Source: an uncultured bacterium
GTDB taxonomy: Bacteria > Krumholzibacteriota > Krumholzibacteriia > JACNKJ01
Direction of reading: 5' to 3'
Assembly: GCA_963695095.1 (NCBI GenBank)
Contig: CAVOFT010000001.1
Span: 544,001-608,000, forward strand
DNA: 64,000 bases
A program made the translations under genes and the position numbers. A model generated the notes under the pieces. It saw only the letters and a program-made list of their open reading frames with translations, was not told where the DNA came from and did no database searches. Below, one piece after another: positions 30,401 to 43,700 of this stretch (positions are counted from its first letter, which is position 1; each line of letters begins with the position of its first letter).

Positions 30401-31759
30401 TGCCCCTGGCCGACGCCCTGGGCCGACCGATGGCCCTGCTCTCCAGCGTGGACGTGGCCGGGCTCGACGCCCCGGCCGGCGGCCTGGGCGAGAGCGCCTC
30501 GCTGGTCTTCAGCATGATCGCCCTGCTCATGATCCTGGCGCTGCTGCTGGGCGGCTTCCTGGCCGGGCGCGTCTTCCTGCCCATCCAGCGCCTGCAGCTC
30601 GCCGTGCGCCGGCTCAGCGCCGGGGACCTGCAGGCGCGCCTGCCCGCCGGCGGCGCCGACGAGATCGGCGAGCTGATGGCGAGCTTCAATCGCATGGCCG
30701 AGGGGCTGCAGACGACGCGCAACGAACTGGAGCACCGCCGTCGCTTCGTCGAGAGCGTGCTCGAGAACGTGGCCAGCGGCGTGCTCGCCTTCGACGCGAC
30801 AGGTCGCGTGGTCTCGGCCAACGGCGCCGCGCGGCGCCTGCTCGCCCTTGGCGACGAGCCGGTGGAAGGCCGGGACTTGGCAGCTCTGAGCGGCCTGACG
30901 CCCGCGGCCCGACGGCCTGGACCGCGGCGCGCTCTTCCGGCATCTCGCCGCGCAACCGGCGGGGCTGCGCGGCCCGGCCTGCGAGCTGCGCCTGGAGCAT
31001 CCGGAAGGCGCGCGCACCCTGCGCATGGCCGATGCCGACCCGGCCGGCGAGCGCGTGGTGGTCTTCGAGGACGTCACCGAGCTGATCCGCAGCCAGAAGC
31101 TGGCCGCCTGGAGCGAGATGGCCCGGCAGGTGGCCCACGAGATCAAGAACCCGCTCACGCCGATCAAGCTGTCCGCGCAGATGATGGAGCGCGCCTGGCG
31201 CGACCGTCGCGAGGACTTCGACGGCATCCTCACCGAGAGCCTGGCCAGCATCAGCGAGCAGGTGGAAATCCTGAGAAGGATCGCCCAGGAGTTCAGCCAG
31301 TTCGGCCGGCGCGCGGAGCTGAACCTGGAGAGCGTCGACCTGGCCGGCCTGCTCGCCGAGCTCCTCGCGCCCTATCGCGATGCGCTGGCCGTGGACTGGC
31401 GGGGCCCGCGCGAACTCGCCGTGCGCGCGGACCGCGAAGCCCTGCGCAAGGTGCTGCTCAATCTCGTCGAGAACGCCCGCGAGGCGATGGAGGGCGCCGG
31501 CCGGCTGGTGGTCAGGTCGCCGCGTTCGCGGGGCGCGGCGAAGGCGGCACGGTGGAACTCGCCCTGCGCGATCACGGCACGGGCATCCCCGAGGAAGCGC
31601 TGGGCCGTCTCTTCGAGCCCTACTTCAGCACGAAGACGCGCGGCACGGGCCTGGGGCTCGCCATCAGCGCGCAACTCGTGGAGGAGATGGGCGGCCGCCT
31701 GCGCCTGGAGAACCACCCGGCCGGGGCGCGGTGGCGCGGCGCAGCCTGCCGCGGGCTAG
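27463..31759 (+). CDS. Large multi-TM NtrY-like sensor histidine kinase (HAMP-PAS-HisKA-HATPase_c); several frameshifts
   Basis: Pieces across frames: TM-rich N-terminus, HAMP (DEIGELMASFNRM), PAS (VLENVASGV), H-box AWSEMARQVAHEIKNPLTPI, NLVENA, DHGTGI, FEPYFSTK, GTGLGL. Confidence 0.85.
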
Positions 31760-31760
31760 C
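31679..31760 (+). repeat. Direct repeat copy 1 (3' end of the kinase gene)
   Basis: gagatgggcggccgcctgcgcctggagaaccacccggccgggg...; near-identical to 44156-44240. Confidence 0.9.
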
Positions 31761-31969
31761 GAGTCTGCCGCCTGCCGCCAGTAGAGCGGACCCCGACCCG
31801 GTCGGAGTGTCGCAGTCATGTCACTGTTATTACGATTCAGCATCTATCAATCCATTTTCCATTGCTCTATAATCACGGCCTTGGACTGCGGAGCCGTGGG
31901 CAGTGAGCCGGGGGCGCTGCCCTGCTGCCCGGTCATCAGGCACGGCAGGCCGTTCACTTTGCCCATCCC

Positions 31970-31985
31970 CGGCGTCAGCCTTGCA
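31970..31985 (+). promoter_or_regulatory. Putative sigma54 -24/-12 promoter
   Basis: CGGCGTCAGCCTTGCA = GG-N10-GC with TTGCA, ~25 bp before ATG 32010. Confidence 0.45.
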
Positions 31986-32009
31986 ACGCTCGATCCCGGG
32001 GGGAACACC

Positions 32010-34704
32010 ATGATGAACTGCAATCGTCGCCGCGAGGCCAGCCGGCAATGCGCAGGGCTGGCCTTCGCGCTTCTCTTCCTGCTCATTGGCGCGATCGCCA
32101 ATGCCCAGACAGTAACCTTCACTGCCGACAACGCGGCAGACTGCGGTGAGCTACTTGTCGCAGAGGTGCGCATCGCCGACGTCGCTGACGTGCGCGCCTT
32201 TTCCTTTGAGCTCACCTACGATGAGACCCTCATCACGCCGGTCGGCGTGAGGGGTGGGGCCTACTGCGGTCGGCCGCCTGTGACACCATCGTCTACTGGC
32301 TTGACAAGCCGGGCACCGGCGGCCACACCAGCGACGGCACGATCCAGGTGGACGGCGCAACCCTGGGCTGCTCCGTGGGTGGTACAGGTGCGCTGCTCGA
32401 AATCGTTTTCGTGGATGCGGGCATCAAGGGCACGAGCACGCTCGACGCCAGCACGCACCTGCTCCGCGATGCCAGCAATGCCCAGATTGCGCACACCTTC
32501 TCTGCGGGCAGCGGCACCAACGCCTGCAACCATGCGCCGGTAGTGACCACAATTCTTGGGCAGAGCATTGCAGAGGGTAGCAGCTTCGCCACATTCGATC
32601 TGGACGACTATGTCAGCGATCCGGAAGTATCCGGACGCCCAGATTGCGTGGGTTGCCAGTGGCAATGTGAATCTCGGTGTGGCGATTGACGGGGACCACG
32701 TGGTCACGATCACGAACACGAATCGCGGACTGGATGGCACGGAGACGATCACCTTCACGGCCACGGACCGGGAAGTCTCTCCGACGCGGATGCGGCGGCC
32801 TTCACGGTGACGGCGGTCAACGATGCTCCTGTCGCTGGCGATGATGCGGACACGGTCGCCGAGGGCGGCACGGTAGTCGTTGCAGTCTTGGTCAATGACA
32901 CTGACGTCGATCTCCTGCCGACACGCTGACGGTGACGGGCGTCACGACGCCGGCCCACGGTACGGCGACCATCGGCGGCGGCACCACGGTGACCTACGTC
33001 CACGACGGCGGCGAATCGACGAGCGACACCTTCGATGACACGCTGAGCGACGGCGCGGCGGACGACACGGGCACGGTGACGATCGCGGTGACGTCGTCAA
33101 CGACCCGCCCGTCGTCACGGATCCGGGCGCCCAGACCAGCGTCGAGCGCGATGATCTCCGACCTGGGATTCAGCGATGTCGATGGCCCGAGGAAAGCTGG
33201 TCGGCGATGGTTACCAGCGGACGCAGCATCGCCGCGGGCAGTGGCCTGATCAGCGGCACAATCGACGTGCGGCGCCGCGAGTGGCAGTCCCTACACGGTG
33301 CAGGTGACGCTGGACGACGGCGGCACCGTCGACAACCTCGACGCCGAGAGCTTCAGCTGGACCGTTAGCGTGCTTGCCCTGGCAACGCCGATCGGCGACC
33401 TGCTGGCCAGCCAGGAGAAGTCCCGCAACGGTGCCGATGGCGCCGACGAAGATCAAGCTCCAGTGGACGCGACAGTCGCCGGGACGGACCGCGTCGCCGT
33501 TACCGGAAGGGCTACGGCAGCTATCCAGAGTACGATGATGTGGGCGGGAACGGGCATCCCTGCAGCTCCCGCCGATTCCACGACTGCCGTCGCTGCAGGC
33601 TGGACGCTCGTTTCGGGCAACTTCGCCAATGGGGCCATGGATGAACCCGCCAGCCGGGATTTCTGGTCTACGTCGCCTTCGTGCACAATGGCTGCGGCCT
33701 GCCTGGCGGTCTCGAACCGCACGGGCGGCACGCTCAACTACCATCTTGGCGATGTCTACAATGGTACGACGCCCGGCGCTGGCGACAGCCAGGTGCTGCT
33801 CAACGACGTCAATCAGCTGGGCGCGCACTACGGCACGACGGAAGCCTTGATCCGGCCGAGTACCGGAATTGGCTGGACATCGGCCCGACCACTGACTACA
33901 GCGTGAACGCGCGACCGACGACGGACAACGCGATCGGGTTCGAGGATCTGATCCTCTTCGCCATCAACTACGGCGCGGTCAGCAAGAACCTGACGCCGCC
34001 CGCCCCGGCGGCGGCCGATCTGCTGACGCTCTATGCGCCCAAGTCGCCCGACGCGGATGGCATCTACGCGCTGATCCTGTGGCTGGAGGGCGCTGGCCGC
34101 ATGCAGGGCCTCAGCGTCGCTCTCGACTGGGATCCTGCCGTCGTGGAGCCCGTGGGCATGGTCCCCGGCGACCTGATGACGGCGCAGGGAGGGCAGTCGC
34201 TCGTCCTCGCGCCGGCGCCGGGCGGCGTCGATGCGGCCCTCTTCGGCCTCGGCGGCGCCGGCATCTCCGGTGCGGGCTGCCTGGCGACCCTGAGCTTCCG
34301 GACCCTCGGCAGCGGCGATCCCGCCTTCGGCTTCCGGGCGGTCACGGCGCGGGACGCCGAGAATCACCCGCTCGAGCTACCCGCCGAGCTGAGCTTCGCA
34401 ACTCCGGCCGGGCGAGGCAGCGCCCGCAGTGAGCCTGATCTACGGCAGCTTCCCGAATCCGTTCAACCCGAAGACCACCGTGGCCTACGGCCTTGCGACC
34501 GCGGGACCGGTGACCCTGCAGATCTATGGCGTCGACGGGCGACACCTGCGCACGCTGGTGAACGAGCACCAGGCGGCGGGGCGCCACGAGGTCGACTGGG
34601 ACGGGCGCGACGACTCCGGCGCGCAGCTGGCGAGCGGGGCCTACCTGGCGCGCATGGAGGCCACTGACCGGACGCAGACGATCCGTCTCCTGCTCTTGAA
34701 GTAA
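32010..34704 (+). CDS. Exported multi-domain protein: cohesin-like, cadherin/Ig repeats, dockerin-like, cohesin-like, FlgD-Ig tail (many frameshifts)
   Basis: Signal peptide ending ANA-Q; AFSFELTYDETL; NHAPVV and VNDAPVAGDD Ig starts; YHLGD...FEDLILFAINY; PNPFNPKT...WDGRDDSG...ASGAYL. Confidence 0.75.
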
Positions 34705-34716
34705 GTTGCTGTTCTG

Positions 34717-34750
34717 GCGAACCGGGCCTCTCCGGAGAGGCCCGGTTCGC
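34717..34750. terminator. Perfect 34-bp palindrome between the two giant genes
   Basis: GCGAACCGGGCCTCTCC|GGAGAGGCCCGGTTCGC. Confidence 0.7.
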
Positions 34751-34792
34751 TCTCGTATGCGGCCTCGACGATCTCCTACGCGGAGGTGCGCT

Positions 34793-37700
34793 GTGATCAA
34801 GCGGATGGTCGCGATGCAGTGGCGCGGTCTCGATCGCATGCTGCTCGCGCTGGCCCTATTGGCTGCCATGGGCGCTGGGGCCCTGGTGCAGGCCCTGACG
34901 ATCGCCGACGGAGAATGCCCTGCCGGGTACCGCGCCTTCCGTGTGGGAGGTGAGCGGTGCCGGGAACTTCGACATTCAGGGCTACGCGACCGATATCAGC
35001 GTGAACCAGGGCGAAACGATCGAGTTCAAGATCAAGACGCCGTCCAGCGACTACCGCATCGACATCTATCGCATCGGCTACTACGGCGGCGACGGCGCCC
35101 GCTCCATCACGACGTTGAGCCCAGCGCCTCGCTGCCCCAGCTCCAGCCCGACTGCGACTTCGAGCCCACGGCGAAGCTGCTCGACTGCGGCAACTGGGCG
35201 GTGAGCGCGGCCTGGACCGTGCCGGTCGACGCGACCTCGGGCGTCTACCTCGCACGTCCCGTGCGCGAGGATGCCGGCCACGAGGGCGAAGCCAGCCACA
35301 TCCTGTTCGTCGTCCGCGATGACGACGGCGACTCCGACCTTCTCTTCCAGACCTCCGACACGACCTGGCAGGCCTACAACCGCTGGGGCGAGGGGGGAAC
35401 GGCTCGGGCTACAGCCTCTACGAGGGTCCCGATGGTCAGGCCTACAAGGTCAGCTACAACCGGCCCTTCGGTACCCGCGACTATCCCACCGAGGACTGGT
35501 TCTTCAACGCAGAGTACCCGATGGTTCGCTGGCTCGAGCGCAACGGCTACGACGTCAGCTACTTCACCGACGTCGACACCGATCGGAACGGCGGCGAACT
35601 GCTCGATCACAAGGTCTTCCTGTCCGTGGGCCACGACGAGTACTGGTCTGGCACGCAGCGCAGCAACGTCGAGGCCGCTCGCGCGGCCGGCGTGCACCTG
35701 GCTTTCTTCAGCGGCAACGAGGTCTACTGGAAGACACGCTGGGAGAGCAGTCTCGTCTCCACGCCGCGAGTCACCGCACTCTGGTCTGCTACAAGGAGGG
35801 CGCCGAGGGCGAGAACTACTGCGGCTACAAGTGCGACCCCGGAAGCGGTCATCTGGACCGGTCTTTGGCGTTCCGGCTGCGATTATCCGCTCGCGGATGG
35901 CTGCGAGCCCGAGAACGCGCTCAGCGGTCAGATCAGCTGGCGCGGCACGACGGCGGCCATGACCGTGCCCGGCCGAGTACGGGCGCATGCCCTTCTGGCG
36001 CAACACGAGCGTCGCCACACTCGGCGAGGGCTCCACGGCGACTTTGCCTTACGGAACACTGGGGTACGAGTGGGATTTCGAGCAGTATCATGAATACTAC
36101 CCGGCCGGCCGCGTCAGGCTTTCCCGCACGGTGAACAGTGGCCAGACGCATCAGATGTCCCTCTATCGGCACGGCAGCGGCGCGCGCGTCTTCGGCGCGG
36201 GCACCGTGCAGTGGTCTTGGGGGCTCGACGACGTCCATGACCGCGGCAACACGCCGCCGGACGCGGACATGCAGCAGGCCACCGTGAACCTCTTCGCCGA
36301 CATGGGCGTCGACGAGCCCGCGACCCTCGAGGCCGGCCTGGTCCATGCCCCGCTCACGGACAGCACCGCTCCGAGCTCGGCCATCACCTTCCCCGCGCCG
36401 GGCGCGGAACTCGTGAGCGGCGGCCGCCATCACGGTGATCGGCACTGCGAGCGACGTCGGCGGCGACGTGGTCCTCGTCGAGGTCTCCACCGATGGCGGC
36501 GCGACCTGGCAGCCAGCTACGGGCTACGAGAGCTGGACCTTCGTGTGGACGCCCGGCGCACCGGGCAGCGTCGATCTGCTCAGCCGCGCCCACGACGGCA
36601 ACCTGAATCCCGAGACTCCCGGAACCCCCGTAAGCGTGACCATCCTGCCCCAGGAGTGCCCCTGCAGCCTCTGGAGCGACGCGGTCATTCCGACCATTAC
36701 CGATGTCGGGCCAGGTCAGCCCGTGGAACTCGGCGTGAAGTTCCGCGCCGAGGCGAGTGGTTACATCACGGCCTTGCGCTTCTACAAGAGTGCCGCCAAC
36801 ATCGGCACGCACGTCGGCAACCTTTGGAGTACGAATGGCACGTTGCTGGGCAGCGTGATCTTTGCCGCCGAGACGCCCTCGGGCTGGCAGGAAGAGGCTC
36901 TGAACCCGCCCGTGCCCATCGTTGCCAACACCACCTACATCGCCTCCTACCACACTGCGGTGGGACACTACGCATTCGACGTCAACTACTTCGCCTCCAG
37001 CGACTGGCCTGCTCCGCCGCTGCGGGCACTCGCCGATGGCGAGGACGGGCCGAACGGGGTTTACCTCTATAGTCCGACCAGCGGATTCCCCACCAGTACC
37101 TACCAGGCCTCCAACTACTGGGTGGACGTCGTCTTCAACGAGACGGCGGAGGACCTGCAGCCGCCGGTCATCGTCGCGCGCTACCCGGCGGCCAATGGCG
37201 CCTCGGTGCCCGTTGCCGCCACGATCACGGCCACCTTCAACGAGGCCATCGACGCGCAGACACTGAGCTTCGAGCTCCGTGACGCCGCCAGCCTTCCGGT
37301 CAGCGCGACGGTCAGCTACGACGCCGGCGCGCGCCGGGCATCGCTGCTGCCCGACATCGACCTCGACCCATCCAGCGAGTACACGGCGACCGTGAGCGGC
37401 GTCGAGGATTTACAGGGCAACGCCATGCCTACTCCCGACAGCTGGAGCTTCACAACGGCCGACCTGCCGCTACCACCGCCGGACGAGGGGCCGGGCGGGC
37501 CGATCCTCGTGATCGCGGACGCCGCCGATCCCTTCGGCCGCTACTACGCCGAGATCCTGCGCTGCGAGGGCCTCAATGCTTTCACCGTGACGGACATCAG
37601 CCTCGTGGACGCCGGCGTGCTCGCAGACCACGACGTGGTCATCCTTGCCCAGATGGCCCTGGCTGGAGCGCAGGTCACGCTGCTCACCGACTGGGTGAAC

Positions 37701-40700
37701 GCCGGCGGCAACCTGATCGCCATGCGGCCCGACACGCAGCTCGAGGGATTGCTGGGGCTAGCGAGCGCGGCCAGCACCCTTGCCGAGGGCTACCTGCTCG
37801 TCGACACGGGCAGCGGACCCGGCGTGGGCATTGTCGCCGAGACGATGCAATACCACGGCAGCGCGGACCTCTACACGCTCTCCGGTGCAACAGCCCTCGC
37901 CACGCTCTACAGCGACGCCACGACGCCCACGAGCAATCCCGCCCTGACCCTGCGGGACGTGGGGGGCAGCGGCGGCCAGGCCGCCTGCTTCGCCTACGAT
38001 CTGGCGCGCTCTGTGATCTGGACTCGCCAGGGCAACCCTGCCTGGGAGGGGCAAGACCGCGACAGCCGGCCGCCCATCCGCCCCAACGACCTGTTCTACG
38101 GAGGCGCTAGAGCCCGACTGGGTGGACCTGAACAAGGTCGCCATCCCCCAGGCCGACGAGCAGCAGCGCCTGCTCGCGAACCTGATCCTGCGGATGAGTG
38201 CGGATCGCATGCCCTTGCCGCGCTTCTGGTACTTCCCGAGCGGTCACAAGGCCGTGGTCGTCATGACCGGCGACGACCACAACGGCAGCGGCACCGTAGG
38301 GCGCTTCGATCTAGAACAGGGAGTCAGCCCGGGCGGCTGCTCGGTGGATGACTGGGAGCGCGTGCGCAGTTCGTCCTACATCTACACGGGCAACGCTATC
38401 ACCGACGCGCAGGCGGGCACTTACGATGCTCTTGGCTTCGAGGTGTCGATCCACGTCGATACCGGCTGCGCCGACTGGGCGCCGGCCCAGCTTGAGGCCT
38501 ACTTCGCCAGTCAACTGGCCGGCTTGGCGGCCAAGCTGCCGAGCATCCCACCGCCTACGACCGAGCGGAACCACTGCATCACCTGGAGCGACTGGACGAC
38601 TCAAGCCGACGTCGAACTGGCTCACGGCATTCGCCTGGACACGAACTACTACTTTTGGCCTCCGGACTGGGTGAACAACACGCCGGGCGTGTTCACCGGA
38701 TCGGGAATGCCCATGCGCTTCGCGACGCTCGACGGCAGCATGATTGACGTCTACCAGGTCGCCACGCAGATGACCGACGAGTCCGGTCAGAGCTACCCCT
38801 TTACCGCCAACACGCTCCTGGACCGCGCGCTGGGCGCCGAGGGCTACTACGGCGCTTTCTGCGCGAACATCCACACGGACTCGGCGAACAACCCGGCCTG
38901 GGCGCCGATCGTGGCCTCGGCCCAGAGCCGGGGCGTGCCGGTGATCGCCGCCCGTCAGCTGCTGCGCTGGCTCGACGCCCGCCAGGGCTCCAGCTTCGCG
39001 AACCTCAGCTGGGCGGCGAACACGCTCAGCTTCGACCTGGTCAAAGCGGCCAGCGCACTCAACCTCGAGGCCATGCTGCCGGTGTCCCTCGGCGGCATGA
39101 GCCTGCAGTCGCTTACCGTGGACGCAGCATCCGTGACCACCCGGACCGAGACGATCAAGGGCGTGGAGTACGCCATTTTCGATGCGGTGGCTGGCGCCTA
39201 CGCCGCCAGCTATGCCATCGACGAGACCGCGCCCGTGATCAGCGCGCTCACTGCCACGGCCAACAACGACGGAACGGCCGAGGTCACCTGGTCCACGGAC
39301 GAGCCCGCGACCTCGCTGGTCGATTACGGCACGGACTCCGGCACGCTGAATCTGAACGAGAGCGCGGGCGCCCTGGTTACCGACCATGCGCTGACCCTGA
39401 CGGGCCTGAGTCCGAACACCATCTACTACTACCGGGCTACCTCCCAGGACGGCGCCGGAAACTCCGCGACGCTCCCCGTACCCCCGGCGACGGCCGACTT
39501 CACGACGCCCCCGCCAATCTGCTTCACCGACGCCACCGTGGCCGACTTCGCGCTCGGGTCTGGCGATGCAGGCATCCACATTGGCGAGACTGCCGACGGC
39601 GAGCTGATGCTCGCCCCGACCGAGGTGGCCGAATTCGAGGGCACCGCCTTGCCCGCGGGCTGGGACAGTGGAATCTACGCGGGCGGCAGTCCGGTCGCGG
39701 TCGCGGCTGGCGTTGCAACGCTCGCTGCCGCATGGACGGCCACGACGACCTTGTACAGCAGCGGACACTCGCTGGAGTTCGTCGCGACCTTTGGGGCCGC
39801 CCCGCACCAGTACGTGGGTTTCGGGACGGACCTGAACGGCCCACCCTGGGTGATCTTCGGCACCAACACGAGCGGTGCGCAGCTCGAAGCACGCACGAAC
39901 ATGGGGACCAGCGTGGACGTCGGTCTCGGTACGAGCTACTTCGGGTCACCGCATACCTACCGCATCGACTGGAGTGCTACGGAGGTGGTGTTCTGGATCG
40001 ACGGTAGCGTTGTGAACACCGAGACCGCGAGCATCGCCGGTCCCATGCGTCCCATCGCCAGCGACCTGTATTTCGGTGATTTAGCGCTGACCGTGGATTG
40101 GATGCGGATGAGTCCCTATGCGGCGGCTGGTAGCTTCACGTCCCGGGTCTACAACGCCCTCGGCACCGCCGACTGGGGTAACGTCGACTGGGCTGCCGAC
40201 GAGCCGGCTGGCACCAGCATCGACATCCAAGTACGTCAGGGTGACACCCCGACGCCGAATGGCAGCTGGACGACCTTCGCTGCGGTCATGAATGGGGGGC
40301 CGGTGGAAGGCAGCAGCCAGTACATCCAGTACCGCGCGATTCTCACGAGCACCGACGACACCCAGTCGCCGCGCCTGCTCGATCTCAGCATCGGCTGCGT
40401 TGCGAATGAGGACACGAACCCACCCGTCATCATGAACCTGGCGGTCAATCCCGCTGCCGCCGGCACCTCGGCGACGATCAGCTGGGACACCGACGAGCCT
40501 GCCGACTCGAAAGTGGACTACGGCACCAGCCAGGGCGACCTCAACCAGAGCTTGAGCGACGCGGGCCTGGTGCTGGGGCATTTGCTGGAGCTCACCGGCC
40601 TCACACCCGGCACCGACTACTACTTCCGGGTCAGCTCCGCGGACGCGCTGGCGAACTCGACGACGGAGCCCTCGCCGCCAGCCGATCCTGCCCACTTCTG

Positions 40701-43700
40701 GACCCCGGATCCGGGTCTGCCGCCCTGCCTCGTGGAGAGCACGGTTGCGGATTTCAACGCCGGCACGGTCGGCGCGGGCATCGCGATCACCGAGATCGGC
40801 GACGGCGAGTTGATTCTGGCGCCCGCCCTGGGCAGCGAGTTCGACGGCAGCACCCTGCCGACGGGCTGGCTGAACCACGCGTGGCCCAGCGGCGGCTCGG
40901 TCACGGTGAGCGGTGGTAAAGCGATCGCCGATGGCGCCCTGACGGCGCCGAATGCGCTCTATACCCAGGGACGATCCCTGGAGTTCGTTGCGACCTTTGG
41001 TGCGGAATTCAACCAGCACGCGGGATTCGCGGATGGCATCGGCTTCAACCGCTTTGCGATGTTCAGCACCAGTAACTCGACCACCACCCTGTACGCCAGG
41101 ACAACCAACCCGACAACGCTTACGCCCTTGACGGGAGACTTCCTCGGGACTCCGCACCGCTATCGCATTGACTGGCTGCCGGGCAGCACCGTCTTTTCCA
41201 TCGATGGCGCGGTTCTACACACGACGGCTGCGGTCAGCGCCGGCGATATGCAGCCCGTGTTCAGCGACTACACCAACACGGCCGGGGCGGTACCGCTGAC
41301 CATCGACTGGATGCGCATGAGTCCTTACCAGAGCTCCGGCAGCTTCAGCTCGGCCGTGTTCGACGCGGGCGAGGATTCGAACTGGGGCGTGGTCGACTGG
41401 CTAAGCAGCGTGCCCGCGGGCACCGGGCTTGCGGTCTGGGTACGGACGGGCGATGCCGAAACGGTCGACGACTTCTGGACGGCCTACGCCCAGGTCGCTA
41501 GTCCCGGCAACGTGCTGGGGGGCAACTCCCGCTACCTGCAGTACCGCGTGGATCTCTCGGCCACCGACCTGAGAGAGACTCCCGTCTTCGAGTCGATCAG
41601 CATCGACTGCCAGGGGGGACCCGATCTGCTGCCGCCGGAGATCACAGACCTGCAGGCTCTTCCCGGCCCGCTGGGGGAAACGGCCGCGATCTCCTGGACC
41701 ACGAACGAGCCGGCCACCGGTCGCGTCGATTACGGCCCGGCCCCGGAGACGCTGAACCAGAGCATGGAAGTCCCGGCTTACACGACAGCTCACACCTTCG
41801 GGCTCGTCGGCCTCACCCCGGGCAGCACCTACTTCTACCGAGTGACCTCGGTCGACCCGGACGCCAATAGCACTACTCAGCCCGCGCCGCCGGACGCGGC
41901 GAACTTCACGACCCCCTATCCGCCCTGCGCGGTGGATGCGACCACCGCCGACTTCGCCGCGGGCACCCTCGCCGGCACCTACATTGCGGCGGAGGGCGAC
42001 GGTCTCCTGATGCTGGCCCCCGCCGAGGGCTCCGAGTTCGCCGGCCCGGCTCTGCCCCCGGGCTGGACGCAGGTGCCCTGGTCGGCCGGCGGGGGCGTCT
42101 CGTTCAGCGGCGGCGGCATCATCGTCGACGGCACGCTGGCCGCCCCCGGGTCGCTTTCCGGCTCCGGGCATTCGCTGGAGTTCGTGGCCACCTTTGGGCC
42201 GGAGCCCTTTCAGCACGTAGGCTTCGCGGACAACTTCAGCACCAATCTCTACGCGATCTTCAGCACGCGTCTGACGACGACCACGCTCTATGCGCGCACG
42301 GCACCGGGAAATGACGAGGTCAGCCTCGGCACCGGCTACATCGGCGCACCCCACCGCTTCCGAATCGATTGGACCGCTACGCAGGTTGTCTACTCGATCG
42401 ACGGTACGGTCGTCCACACGGAATCCTCCGCGATCGCCGCATCCATGCGCCCCGTGATCTCCGACGCGAATCCGGGCAGCTCCAGCATCGCCGTCGACTG
42501 GCTGCGCATGACTCCCTATGCCGCGAATGGCAGCTTCGACTCGCGGATCTTCGACGCGGGTAGCCTTGCGTACTGGGATGCCATCAGCTGGAACGCCGAC
42601 GTGCCGGTGAACACGAGCCTCGGCTTCCAGGTGCGCACGGGCAATGAGGCGTTGCCGGACGGCAGCTGGTCGGCCTTCGGCCCGGTCATCGCCGCCTCCG
42701 GGGACCCGGTCGGTCTCACGGGGCGCTACCTGCAGTATCGCGCGCTGCTCGCGACCGGCGATACTGGCCTGACACCGGCGCTCGAGGATGTCAGCTTCAC
42801 CTGCGGCACCTGCGCCGGCACGCCCGCAGCGCTCAGCGTCCTGACGGCCACGCCGCGAGCGACGGGCAACCCGGCCGGGCAAACGGTGGACATCGAGCTC
42901 GCCTGGCCGGCCCAGCCGCCGGGAAACGATGTGCTGATTTACCGCAAGCCCTTCGGAGCCTATCCAGTTTATGAGGGCACGGCGCCTGAGACGCCGGCCA
43001 GCCCGACCGCTGCGGAGAGTGACGGCTGGACCCTCGTGGCCGCCACCCCGGCCAATTCGTTCAGCGACCATCCCGGAAGCCGCGACTACTGGCACTACGT
43101 CGCCTTCGTCGCGAACCCCTGCGGAGAAGCCTCGACGGCCTCGAATCCCGTGGGCGCTCTGAGCTACCACCTCGGGGACATCTACGACGGCGCGAACCAC
43201 GGCACGGGCGACAACCTGGTGAACGGCAGCGACATCACGGAGCTAGGCGCTGCCTACGGCAGCACGACAGCGGACGTCGGCATCTATCTGGACTACGCGG
43301 ATATCGGCCCCACCGTGGACGGTAGCGTGCTCAGCCGGCCCATGCCTGACGGCGCGATCCAGTTCGAGGACCTCATCTTCTTCGCGATCAACTACAGCCA
43401 CGTGGGCAGGCTGCCGTCGCCGCCGCCGCCGGCCCGCGCCAACCAGCTGGCGCTCATGATCCCGGCCTTGCCCGCACCCGGCGAGCGCTTCACGGTGACA
43501 TTGCGGATGAGCGGAGACGGGTCGATCCAGGGGCTGAGCGCTGCGTTGCGCTGGAACACCCGCGTGCTGCAGCCCGAGTCCGTGGCGGTTGGCGAGCTGC
43601 TCGCGGCCCAGGGCGGGCCGAGCCAGGTGTTCTCTCCCGCGCCGGGGCAGGTGGATGCCGTGCTCCTGAGCGCGCGGAATCAGGGCATCTCTGGCGAAGG

